Shown here piece by piece: positions 13,301 through 24,903 of a stretch of 64,000 nucleotides of DNA. The notes beneath the pieces were generated by a model. The model was not told where the DNA came from. It worked only from the letters and a program-made list of their open reading frames with translations, and ran no database searches. This DNA is from Massalongia carnosa (taxonomy: Eukaryota). The first letter of the stretch is position 1. Each line of letters opens with the position of its first letter. The stretch is taken from NCBI GenBank assembly GCA_965645245.1, contig OZ287067.1, positions 620,001 through 684,000 of the forward strand, in the 5' to 3' direction. A program made the position numbers and the translations under genes.

Positions 13301-16300
13301 GCATAACATTATAGATTCAATCAATGGTAAATTTTGCTGTTGCGTCGGCAGGCGCTGAGGCGGTATTGGTTTGAGTAAGATGTCTCTTGTTATTAAGCCA
13401 AGCCCAGCCTGAACGTAAGATGGGCCTATATTTTGAAAGAAGTCATGTATTTGTTTAGTTTGTGGTATATGTTTTTCGATAACTGCAAAGACAGCAGCAG
13501 TATCTTCCTTTGTTCTGAAACGCTGAAGGAACAGTAGATTTTGATAATCAGTTGTTTTACCTGCTGACAGGAGCCAATCGCGGGAAGTCACCAGTTGCAG
13601 CCAGCGAAGGAGATCTCGCAAGTTGATTTCCCATGGAGCTCCATGGATTCCATGTTTATGGTTCGTCCCAAATAGGCGTCCAATATCTGTGACGCAATTT
13701 GTCAGAGACTCTACCAACTGATCAGAGCAGGCTGGGTAACAGTGTTTGCAGATCATCAACAAATCCTGTGAAATGAAAGAATCAGCGTAGACTACAGTAA
13801 AACGATTAACAAATGAAGCTGGTAAGCCTTTCCTGCCGCCACCCTGGGAATGCGGGTTTTGTGCTGCAAAGACAGTAAAATTTGGATGTCTTGAAAATGT
13901 CTGGTCTAGTTCCGGAATATAGGCCTGCCCTCGGTGATCAAGACAAGCGTTTAGTCCCTCGAGAACTGCTTGCGAAGCTAAGTTCATTTCATCTAAAAGT
14001 ACCCATTCACCCTTCTGCATAGCGCGGAGAAAAGGCGCATCATGCCATGCAAATTGGCCTGCATCTGCTCCAGTAACCGGAACATCCGACCCAAAGAGGT
14101 CCATAAGGTCAGTCTGTTCCGAAAGGTTTATTCTCGTAAGAGGCATTCCAATCGATTTTGCTAATACAACAACTAGTGAGGTTTTACCAACTCCTGGACT
14201 TCCTTCGATTAGAATTGGTTTTGGTAGCTGCAGTGCACGGATTATTTTCAACACATTCGCTTTTGTAGTTGGAGCCTGTAGACTATAGTTAGAGCTTTCC
14301 ACCTGTTTGCCAAATATCTTAAGCTTAAATGGCCCTAATTTCAGCGCTTGTTCCTCAAGCAAAAACTCATGCTTTTCATCGTAGAGCGATGCCATATCAT
14401 AATGAAAAAGCATCTCTAATTTACGAAGACATACACGGCGTTGAGAATTAATTTCAGCTTCTGCTATGGAGACTTTTGTAGCTGGGTTTGCTCCAAGGCC
14501 ATCAATATACACCATTGCTGCACCATGAAGAATCCCTTCATAAGGGTTCTGGCCTGTATACATATTCAGAAATTGCACCCATGCAAGTATCTCTCGAATC
14601 GAAATAGCTGGTGCACCATGGTTGTATGTTACACCGTACCAAGCTGCGAAAGCTACGATGGAGGATGAGTAGCTGAGCCATGAAGCCGAGAGTTTGGCCT
14701 GCACAATTTCTAAAATTTCATCATGGCGTGTTACATGCGGTACCCATATTTCCGTGAAGCGATTACGCAAAGCTGGAGATAGCTCTCTTTTCCCATAGTC
14801 CCCTCCAGGGTTCATAGTCGACAAAAACTGAAACCCTGGTGAGGCGTTTACAAGATTATTTGTAGGCCCCTTTTCTGCAAGGAGTAGCGTTCGGTCCGGT
14901 TCCAGAACACTATTCAATCTTTCGAGTACAGAGTCATCGGCGAGGGAAATTTCATCGAGCAAGAAATGCTCGCTGTTGCGCATTGCATGAACAAGACTTC
15001 CATCAGACCATTCAAAGAGCGCTCTAGCTCTAGCCCGGGTACACTCTATCATTGAGCGTGTGATTGCTGGCACTGAATTTGCATCTCTTTGTAACAGCGC
15101 GTCGTATTCTGTAAGCAGCGTAGATAGGCTTTCCCCTGAGGTTTTCTTAAATACCCCATGGCTTTCTAAAATAATTCTGAGTTCTTCCTTCAACTGCATC
15201 TCTACCAACCCTCGATTACGGATAGGACGTTGGGAGCCTACCAAGTCGCCCGTTTCCATATTCTGGTGAGCATTCACAATATGTAGATTGGTGTTCATAG
15301 CTTTAGCAATCAACTGACATATTGAGGTCTTACCCGACCCTGTTTCGCCAACAAGAAGAACTGGTTCATCATTTTTCAACGCTTGAGTGACCAGTACAGA
15401 AAGACGTCGCATAGTTTTCGTCCATATAATATCCTGATCAGACGAATGAGCTAAAATAGATGGCATGAGTGGACTGTTGGCATGATATATTTGTATCTCG
15501 TCTATCTTTACCTTCATAACGTCCTCGATGATTTTTTTCACTGTCATACGTTCATTAGTATTTCGGACACGTTCAGCTAGCAAGAGGAACCCGTTGATCG
15601 CCAATTGTTGGCGATCGTCTGCATCGCGTAAAGCCCACCGAAACAGATCTCGAAGCGTAGCAAAACTATTCTTTTGCTCAAAAAGACGATCTCGCTGACG
15701 AAGTCTTGAGAGCTTTTTGTAAACGGTGACAATTTTCGAGCAGAATGAAGGAGCAATCTGACTTCTTTCACGGAGTATAGTTTCCAGCTCGTCTTCTGGT
15801 ATGTCATCAAAATGTAATTCGAGAAACCGATTTCTGAAGGCCCTAGACAGAACCTTACGCCCACCGTACATTCCTGGTGGATTTTGCGTGGCGAACAGCA
15901 TGAAGTTCTCATGTGGTTTTATCAACTGCTGAGTTTCGGGTATTAAAAGTTCTTTGTTATCATCTAATAAACGATTTAGGGCCTCCAAGACATCAGTTGG
16001 GGCCAGGTTAAGCTCGTCCAAAACGATCCAATGGCCTTCTTTAAGAGCATTGACTAGTACACCCTCTTGGTAGTGAAGCCGACCGTCAGGGCCCGAAACG
16101 TAAGATCCAAGGTACTCTTGGAGATCGGTATGTTCATGATTATTAATCCTGATAAACTTGTTGCCTGAAATTCGTGCTAGGTATTCAACCATACTTGTTT
16201 TGCCTGAGGAAGTTGGACCTTGCAGGAGGACGGGAAATCTACGAGTAGATGTTGCTCGCACCAGATTGAGAAGGTTTCGCTCAATGAATGGAGTAACGAT

Positions 16301-19300
16301 ATAGTGGGGCTGTGCTTGGACAGGAGATGCTCCTTGGGCTACCCAGTAATGCCGAAATTGAATGTACTTCTTATTGTCTGGTGGAGCTTGGGGCATTTGA
16401 CGCAGCAATGCATGACCATTCTTCTGTGAACCTAAGAGATACTTAAATATTAAAGGTATTAGCAGCATTTCCGATTCTTTGTTCAAAAGCGTAAGAAAAC
16501 TCATAGAGAATCCTTCAAACAAGGCTCGACGGAGCCCATAAATGGTTGTAATATCAGTCACATAAACTAACGTCCTAGTCAATGTGCGAAGGCTATAGTG
16601 CGGCTTCTGGTTGGCGCCGTCCACCAGCTGATTATTTTCGGCCAGCCGCTTGATCTCAAGATACAGCAAAGAGATATCAGAAGCAGCTCGAACATCTAAG
16701 TTACCGAGGCTTCCAAGGTATGCCTGAACCACTGACAAGAGGTTATCAAATCCTCTGTCAGGAGAATCGATATAAATCTCTGTGAACCTCGAGCGGAGAC
16801 TAATCGGTAAGTCCCGCTTGCCAATATCTGTTGCCGGATTCATCGCACCAAAGATACGGAAGTCTTTATGAATTGGTATTCGTTGATTATCTCCTTTCTC
16901 AGGAAGCATGAAGGACTGTGCGGTATCAGACCCGTGGTGAAGTAGGTCAGCCAGACTTTCAAGGGTATCTGGTGGCGCGAGATTGATTTCATCTAATAGC
17001 ACCCAACCTCCATTCCTCGCAGCCTTAACGATGTTGCCTTCAACAAATGAAATCGCAATTCCCTTTGAACTACCAGTAACAAGCACCTGAAGTTTCGTAA
17101 CTTCGCCTGCAAACTCATCCCATCGCAGCTTGAGTTTCTGATGCTTCATCGAATCCAATCTTCTTCTCTTAGGATGCGGCTCTAAAACACTGTCAACCAT
17201 TGCAAGCACTGGACGATTGTAGAGATCATCGAGCATACGCAATGCCTCTTGCCAAAGCGTCAACGCACGTAACCATCGGCCTTTTGAGATTGCTTTTCCA
17301 ATGGTTTCCAAGTAGTGCTGGTTTCTCGTGCAGGAGAAAGTCTTTTCGAATAGATCGTCAAACTCTTCTTTCATAGGTACTGCTATAGCTCGGATATTTG
17401 TAGGTTTATAGCCACCCAATAAATCTCCAGCTTCGCTGTTTTGTGACAGGTTAACAACCGTTAACTTAAAGCCAAGGGTGTGGGCAAGATATTGAATAAC
17501 TGCTGTTTTTCCTGTTCCTGTCTCGCCGACTAATAAACACGGCTCAGCCATTTTCACTGCAATCGCGACAGATTCAAGAACCCGAATGACTTGAGTCGTT
17601 ATTGCAAATGGATACTTTATAGTACGCTCACCTGAAGGTTTCGATTTTTGTGATATGTTTCTTCTCAAAATATTGATTCGCCCGATTCGAAGTCCCACAT
17701 CACCCACTACATACTCTGGCCGACGCGATTCCAGGGAATAATGAGCACGGTTAGCTGGAACATATAATTCTCGAGCGATTACATCAACAATCGAAGTCTT
17801 GCTAGATCCATCCGGCAGAAGACTGGTAAAGCAATCCACTGCTTCGAAGAAGATCATATCGCTGATGGCCTCTGAAATTCGCTCGTTGCTAAATTGTACC
17901 CCGGCAGTCAACAAAAGGTTCTCCAGCCTCCTACACCAACGGAACAAATCTCGAGGGCTAAGGGGCCTTCCATGACCTGAAGCTGCTTTTGTGTCAAAGA
18001 CATCGTTCCCACATCGGCTAGTAAGACTATGGTACACCCTCAGAATTTCAGGAACGTATACATGCAGAATGGGGAAACGATTTCGTATTATCTCTGCTAG
18101 ATCTTTACTGCTTGGAAAGAGAAGTGAAACTCTCAGCCAATGCCGAAACCCGAGGCTATTGGTTCCCGGTACTACCTCGTCGCCCCTTGCATTTAGGTAT
18201 GAACGTATTGTAGCAATGATTTTGAATCCAGGAGCAGCCCGGATCGCTTTTCCCCAATGAGAGACAAGAAGTTCGCGCCTCTCAAGCAACGGTAATATGG
18301 TACTAAGGATTTCTTGTGGTGCTCGATCTAAGTCTTCAATCATGACCCATCGACCTTCTGTAACGGCTTTGGTTAAAACTCCCGGGCGCCATGTGAAAGA
18401 GCCCGTTGAGCTGTCGCTAGCATACATGCCAATGAGTATTTTCGCATCGGTCTGTTCGTTAAGGTACAACGTAGTCATATAATCTCTTTTACCCAGCTCT
18501 CTTGCAGCATGCCTAACAAGTGAAGTCTTACCAGCTCCTGCAAAACCTGTCACAAGAAGCGCTCGGGAGGTGTTAATTGCTGTTGCAAGTTGACGTAAGT
18601 TGCGTTGAAAGTTATTTGTCTCGAACAAGTAGGAGGCCTTTTTTGGCTTCAGTTGAAGACATGGAACAAGAACGCCGCCAAGATTAGCAGTGGTCTTTGA
18701 CAAATCTCCCAAAACATATCTCGCCTTCGGCGTATTTTTCCCCTCACTTATACAATAAATGCGTCGAGCCTTTTCAAGCTCCTGACGAAGCTTCTTCATC
18801 CGCTTTTCCTCCCAAAGTGTAAAAAAGAGGTAGTCTATTATCTTTCCTTCCCATTCGCCAGGTATACTATCATTCGAGCAGTACTTTTCCCCCATCGTCA
18901 CCGTGGCCGAATCTGATGCATGGAGATATAGACATAATATTTTGATGGCGAGGTATCTGACGCATTGATGTGTATGATTTAAGAGAATCTGTAACTGCAC
19001 CGGGGAGATCAGAGAAGCAAAATTCTCGTTATCAAACATTAATAAGCGGCAAAGTGCTAGGAGAAGACGGTGGAGGGATTCATCTGGCAAATCCATCAAT
19101 GCTGTAGTTTCTCGAGAGGCGAACACATGCAGGGCTCCAGGCCGTTGACGGCATAGAAGCTCCTCAACGAATACCGATAAATGAGGCGCAAATGGCAGTA
19201 TTCGTGCAAGAGCCGCTATTATGGCCAAAGGATCAAGTTCTGAGCTTGAGCGCTGTCGTTTCTGCCACCTACTACAGATTTCGACAAAGACCACGTCATG

Positions 19301-19468
19301 GGTCGCAAATATTTCCGAAGTAAATTTTGGGTCGAGTGCCAGGTCCGAAAGGGTATCTAGGTATTGGGTATTTGTCCCATCTCGCAAGATATCTAGGCAT
19401 TTTTCAGGCACAGTCTGCACGAAACTATGATTTGACAGAAGTAAGGCGCTCTGTTGTGCAAAATTCAT
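4350..19468 (-). CDS. MDN1: Midasin (Rea1), AAA+ ATPase of pre-60S maturation
   Basis: Six Walker A motifs (GFAGAGKT, GETGTGKT, GPTSSGKT, GETGSGKT, GSPGVGKT, GSSGCGKS), a long linker, a D/E-rich tail and a C-terminal MIDAS/VWA domain (AVDDSKSMS). Five GT-AG introns between about 10740 and 12240 join the ORF pieces in frame. Start is probably ATG 19468 (alternative 19603). Confidence 0.97.
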
Positions 19469-20189
19469 CTTGCGGGAGAGTTTACAAAAAGTGTAAGCAT
19501 TCGAAGTTGATAAGATTGTAGTTTCGCATTGGAAAAGGGCGTTTGAATGTGTGAAAATGGAGATATCGGAGATAGTATTTGTGGCAGGCTTACTAATGAT
19601 CATTGATTACCTAACAGCATGATGTGTTCGAGCGTATGTTCTTCATTACATTTTCATGGGTTACGGTCAAGTCACCGTTTTCTTCTGCGTTTTGTACATC
19701 CTGATGGACATGACACAATCTCCTTCACCTCTAACTCTGACCGTTCTCTCCGAGACTCAACAAAACCACCTATACCGACTTTTGGAGTAACAAGTCTTAT
19801 CTTTGGCGTATATCGTCAGGCTCATTGGCTTGAGCATGGCCTATTATCTGTGTAATCTGGGCTTTAAATTCATTAACCATCCTATATCAAACGCAACCTT
19901 TCTCTTATCCCCTTTTGCATCAGCACGCGGCCATTAAATTAGATTCCTAATCAGCAAATCAAAATCAACAGCGACAATGATTATGAAAAAAATTTAAATA
20001 TTCATTTTCAAAGAGAGTACTCGGAACGTAGTTTGAGTTTATAAATATAGAATTTGAAGATTCTGAAGTTTTGAGACAATTACATAGAGGTTTGATATTT
20101 TTATGATCTAGTTAGTTTGAACTTTTTGATCCAGTATTCTCGTACTCGTATAGCCTAGCGAGCTAAACCTCAGCTCTTGATCTCAAGAG

Positions 20190-23189
20190 ATGGGACACGA
20201 CAACATGACCGGCCAATCTCCAGGAGTGCATACCAATTCTGGTCAAAGCTCGTCTTCTTCTCGCCCCATGCTTCGGAATTCTGACGACTCTAACTCCAAT
20301 AACCTAGAAGCCTCAAATCTGGACAAGGACCTTCTTAACGATGATCCCTTGGGAAACAACTCTGATGCTCAGTTGGTCATCTACATCTGCTTACAGTGAC
20401 CCAAGGCTAACGTGACTGAGTATTACGTTCAAGAGAAAGAAAAAACTTCAACCAGGCTTGTCGTTGCCCAAATTCTTGTCTCCCACGCCCTTGACCCACA
20501 ATACCCAGCGAACATATACCAACCTCCCTTTACCCACGGCAAGGAGTCGAAAGCTACGTGAGCTTTCTTCCAACAATACCTCAGAAGTTTCTTTGACTCC
20601 CAGTAACGGCCAGGTGGGTGAAGGGACGTTGAACGACTCCAAGGATGGTGGGGCTTTGGATTGGTACTTGGAAGGACCCGGGCGGAGAGTGGGCTACGAT
20701 GATCTTACCGCAATCGATTGGATTTTTGAATATACCAAAGAGCGTCAACGCTTGCGCTTGTTGTACTCAGTAGCTGGAGGTTTGGTTGGCTATTTACGAC
20801 AGGTCTATGATGCTAGCCAGGTTTGGTTAATCCTCATTGGTGCTGGACTCGCTTCTGGTGTGCTCGCAGCCAGCATCGATGTTGTGAGCGACTGGCTAGG
20901 GGATTTGAAGACAGGATACTGCCGTAAAGGCCCTGGGGGTGGGCAGTTTTATCTGAATAAAGGCTTTTGCTGTTGGGGCCATGAAGGTCTGTAAACCGAG
21001 TTATTTGGATGAAAGAGTTTAACGTTCTGTCAGCATTTTCTCAGTGTCAGGATTGGACGCCTTGGAGTACAGCTCTTCAAGTACGGCCGATTGCAGGTCA
21101 GTACATCGTGGAGTATATATTCTTCATCATATTCTCGGTATGTCCTTATCCATATCATTCGAGAAACAGAGCTAGATTTGATCCAGGTTTTCTTTGCCAT
21201 ATGTGCAAGCGTTCTTGTAAGAGACTATGCAATCTATGCTAAGCACAGCGGAATCCCTGAAATCAAAACTGTGCTTGGAGGCTTTATCATTCGTCGCTTC
21301 ATGAGTGTCTGGACGCTCGTTGTAAAATCTCTTGGTTTGGTATATGTTCCTTTGATCTTAAGATATTTAGCTGGGTACTGATCCACTTGCAGTGTCTTGC
21401 GGTAGCATCTGGTTTATGGCTCGGAAAGGAAGGACCCCTCGTTCATGTAGCATGCTGTTGTGCGAATCTTTTGCTGAAGCTATTCCCGACTTTGAATGAT
21501 AACGAAGGTGAGTACCCGAAGTGTGTAATAGTTACAGCATTTGAATAAAATCCATAGCTCGAAAAAGAGAGGTGCTTTCCGCCGCTGCGGCTGCTGGCAT
21601 CTCCGTTGCCTTTGGATCGCCCATTGGGGGTGTCCTATTTAGTCTTGAGGTAAGTCCTTCGGAGTTTATATCTGAACCCCCAATTTCAAACCCAAATCTG
21701 TGGAGCCAATCCTTACCATACCTAGCAACTATCTTATTACTTTCCGGACAAGACAATGTGGCAAAGCTTTGTTTGTGCAATGGTAGCGGCTGTAACTTTA
21801 AAAGGCTTCAACCCTTTTCGTACAGAAAAGCTTGTCCTATATCAAGTCACCTACAGCAGCGGATGGCATGATTTCGAGATAGTACCCTTTGCCATTTTAG
21901 GAATCGTTGGGGGTATGTATGGGGGACTTTTCATTAGATTAAACATGAAAATTGCCAAATGGCGTAGGGATTCTCGCTGGGTAGCATCGCCTGTGTATGA
22001 GGTACTTGTCGTTACCCTCTGCACTGCTCTTATCAATTTCCCCAACAAATTCATGAGAGCACAGTCATCAGAATTAGTATACATGCTTTTTGCAGAGTGT
22101 ATTGCTGTTACCGATGATCAGTTCGGCATATGCAAGACTGGAACTGCGTCAGCTGGTGTAATTGCACTTTTGCTAGAGGCGGCTGCTCTCGGCTTTCTGC
22201 TGGCTTCGGTTACGTTTGGTTTGCAAATTCCAGCCGGCATCATATTGCCGTCCATGGCCATCGGAGCACTCTACGGCCGAGCCCTCGGAATCGTCGTCGA
22301 GATATGGCAGGGGAACCATCCTAACACACTCATTTTCAGAGGATGCGAACCCGATATTCCATGCATAACCCCAGGGACGTATGCTATCATTGGTGCGGCG
22401 TCTGCGCTTGGTGGTGTTACAAGAATGACCGTTTCCATTGTGGTTATCATGTTTGAGCTAACTGGGGCTTTGACTTATGTTCTTCCAATCATGGTTGCTG
22501 TCATGATCAGCAAATGGGTGGGCGACGCATTCGGGAAACGAGGGATATATGAGACTTGGATACATTTTAATGAGTATCCGTTCTTGGACAATAGAGATGA
22601 AGCTGCAATTCCGGATGTTCCTGTTTCGCAGATAATGACGCAAATAGAGGATATTGCTGTACTGACCGCCACGGGTCATACACTCGAGTCCATTCGCGAC
22701 TTCCTTGTTGCTCAACCATATCGTGGCTTTCCCATCGTATCAGATGCGACGAACAACATCCTATTTGGCTACATTTCTCGCACAGAATTAATGTTTGCTC
22801 TGAAAACAGCAGCCGCCGAACCCAGAAACCTCCCACCCTCGACAGACGTATTCTTCTCTCACCAGCCAATGGTAAATCCCCAAATGACGCTTGATCTCAG
22901 GCCTTGGATGGATCAAACGCCGATCACGCTCAACAGCAAAAGCAGCCTTCAGCTGACAGTCAGCATGTTTCAGAAGCTCGGGCTTCGTTATGTATTGTTT
23001 TGTGAGAAGGGGGGGTTAAGGGGTCTTCTCACGAAAAAGGACGTGTGGTATGTGCTAGATAGCGCTGAGGATGGCCAGCCGAGGATGGGCACTGGGGTTT
23101 TGAGGGAAGACCAGCGAGGTGAAGCTAGAGGCTTGCTGGATCGAGATCATGACCGAGAGTGTATCAGTAGCCCAGCGTATGGGCGTTGA
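20190..23189 (+). CDS. CLC-family chloride channel/transporter with CBS domains
   Basis: Spliced (6 introns). Motifs [30 protein letters not shown] and GIILP, followed by a C-terminal CBS pair. Confidence 0.93.
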
Positions 23190-23793
23190 CCTCTTGGGAC
23201 ATAGATTAGTTCTTTCATATCCAGGTCTGGCATGGAGCCTCCCAAGATTCTGCACCGACTCTGGAGCGAACCAATCAAGGCAATTACATTGTTGATCGCA
23301 ACATTTTACCGACCGAAAGAGACTCACAGCACCGCTTTACGCTATCCCTAATTACGATCCACGTTCCGTGAGTCTGGTGCTACGTTCGGAATAAACCAGG
23401 CGCCGTACGACCCGGTTCTGTGTCTAATGATAAGCTTGGTTGGGCTTAGACACTAACAGGTCTTCAAGAATATACCTACCTTGGCTACCACGTCCTTTGA
23501 AATGAGTATAATGGGTAGAATTAATGCTCGTTGAGCTCTGACCACAAAGCTTTATGGGCGAAACTCAGTTGGGCTAGGTAGCCAGCTTACTTTGTCGTAC
23601 CACCAATTACCGGCTCCGATGGGCAACCGAGCGCTGCAACTTTTGGGATAGGGGAGGGGATGAAAGTAAATGGAAACTGTCCAATGGAAGCTAAAGCATA
23701 TTCCAACATCTGCAATGCTTCACCAGCCAAAAGTACACCAATACCCTGCTTTCAATGAAAGAGCGGTCCCAGTTCCTCCCTCGCACTCCCAAG

Positions 23794-24853
23794 TCAAAAC
23801 CTCGTCCCGTTAACCCCCTGAACCCCCTTCCCCAACTCCGCCGCCACAACCGCCGCTTCCCTGATCCCTCTCGCCAGCGTTCCCCGCACCTTGCCCTCTT
23901 CCAGCACCATCAAGCCCCCAATGCTACATCCACCCGGCGTGCAAACCTTCTCTCTCACCATGGCCGGATGCTCTCCACCTAGCACTAACCCCGAACATCC
24001 CTTCATCGTCTGTGCGGCCATCAGCTGCGCCTCCGCCCGTGGTAGTCCCATCGCCACCGCCCCGTCCGCCATGGCCTCCAGCATCAGTGCGAAAAACGCC
24101 GGCCCAGCGCCGCACAGTGCTGTGCTAGCGTCCATAACCGTCGTAGGAAGTTGTACCACACGCCCAATGCGCGTGAACATCCACATCACCAATGCGTCAA
24201 GGTCGGGGGGAAGCGGTGGCGTGGACGTGGCGATGACGGTCATTGACTCACGGATCAGTGCCGCGGTGTTTGGCATCGCGCGCACGACGATGCAGGGATC
24301 TTCTTCATGACCCACGTCGGTTTCACGCAGGATGTATTCAATCTGGGCCACGGGCACCCCGGCTAGAATGCTAACGAGGAGTTTGCCACGTAGTGCTTTC
24401 GAGACGCCGGGTTCGGATAAGATGGTCCGAAAAACTTGGGGTTTGCAGGCCAGGAGAACGACGGAGGCGGACCGCACACCGAGGAGGTTTTTGGAAACGT
24501 GAATTTCAAGGGAGGGGGCGAGGGCGGAGAGGGCAGCACGGATCCTCTTGGCGGATTCCGGGCGGGTTACGCAGGCTACGAAGTGCGTTGGAATTTGTGG
24601 AGCTAGGAAGGAGGGGGATGCGGTGATGGTGTCGCGAAGGGAGAGGAGAATTCCGGATAGAATGGCGATACCGAGGGTTCCTAAGGGTTTCAGGGTTAGG
24701 CAGTGCGGACCTTGGGGGGATCCTTAGGGGGGGTTACGCACCGCATCCTAGAACTGTTAGGGTTGCGCCATTGTCTTTCTCTTGCCCATCTTTTAAGGAT
24801 GCAGAGTGGTCAGAAGTCGCCTCGAAACGAGTGTTTGGGTCTGTTGCAGCCAT
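23794..24853 (-). CDS. PRO3: Pyrroline-5-carboxylate reductase
   Basis: ATG 24853 and one intron give the Rossmann motif VLGCGTLG; also LACKPQ, VRAMPNTAA, ALCGAGPAF and VCTPGGCSIGGL. Confidence 0.93.
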
Positions 24854-24903
24854 GGTGAAAGGTGCGGCATTGAAACAGCCCATAATTATAATTTATGGAA
24901 TTA

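Noticed and set aside
4533..19521. Many plus-strand ORFs inside MDN1 (and antisense ORFs in other genes)
   Set aside because: Shadow ORFs antisense to well-supported coding sequence.
23341..23352. Telomerase RNA template (TATCCCTAA)
   Set aside because: It mismatches the TAACCCTAA template, and the 600-bp gap is short for a filamentous-fungal telomerase RNA.
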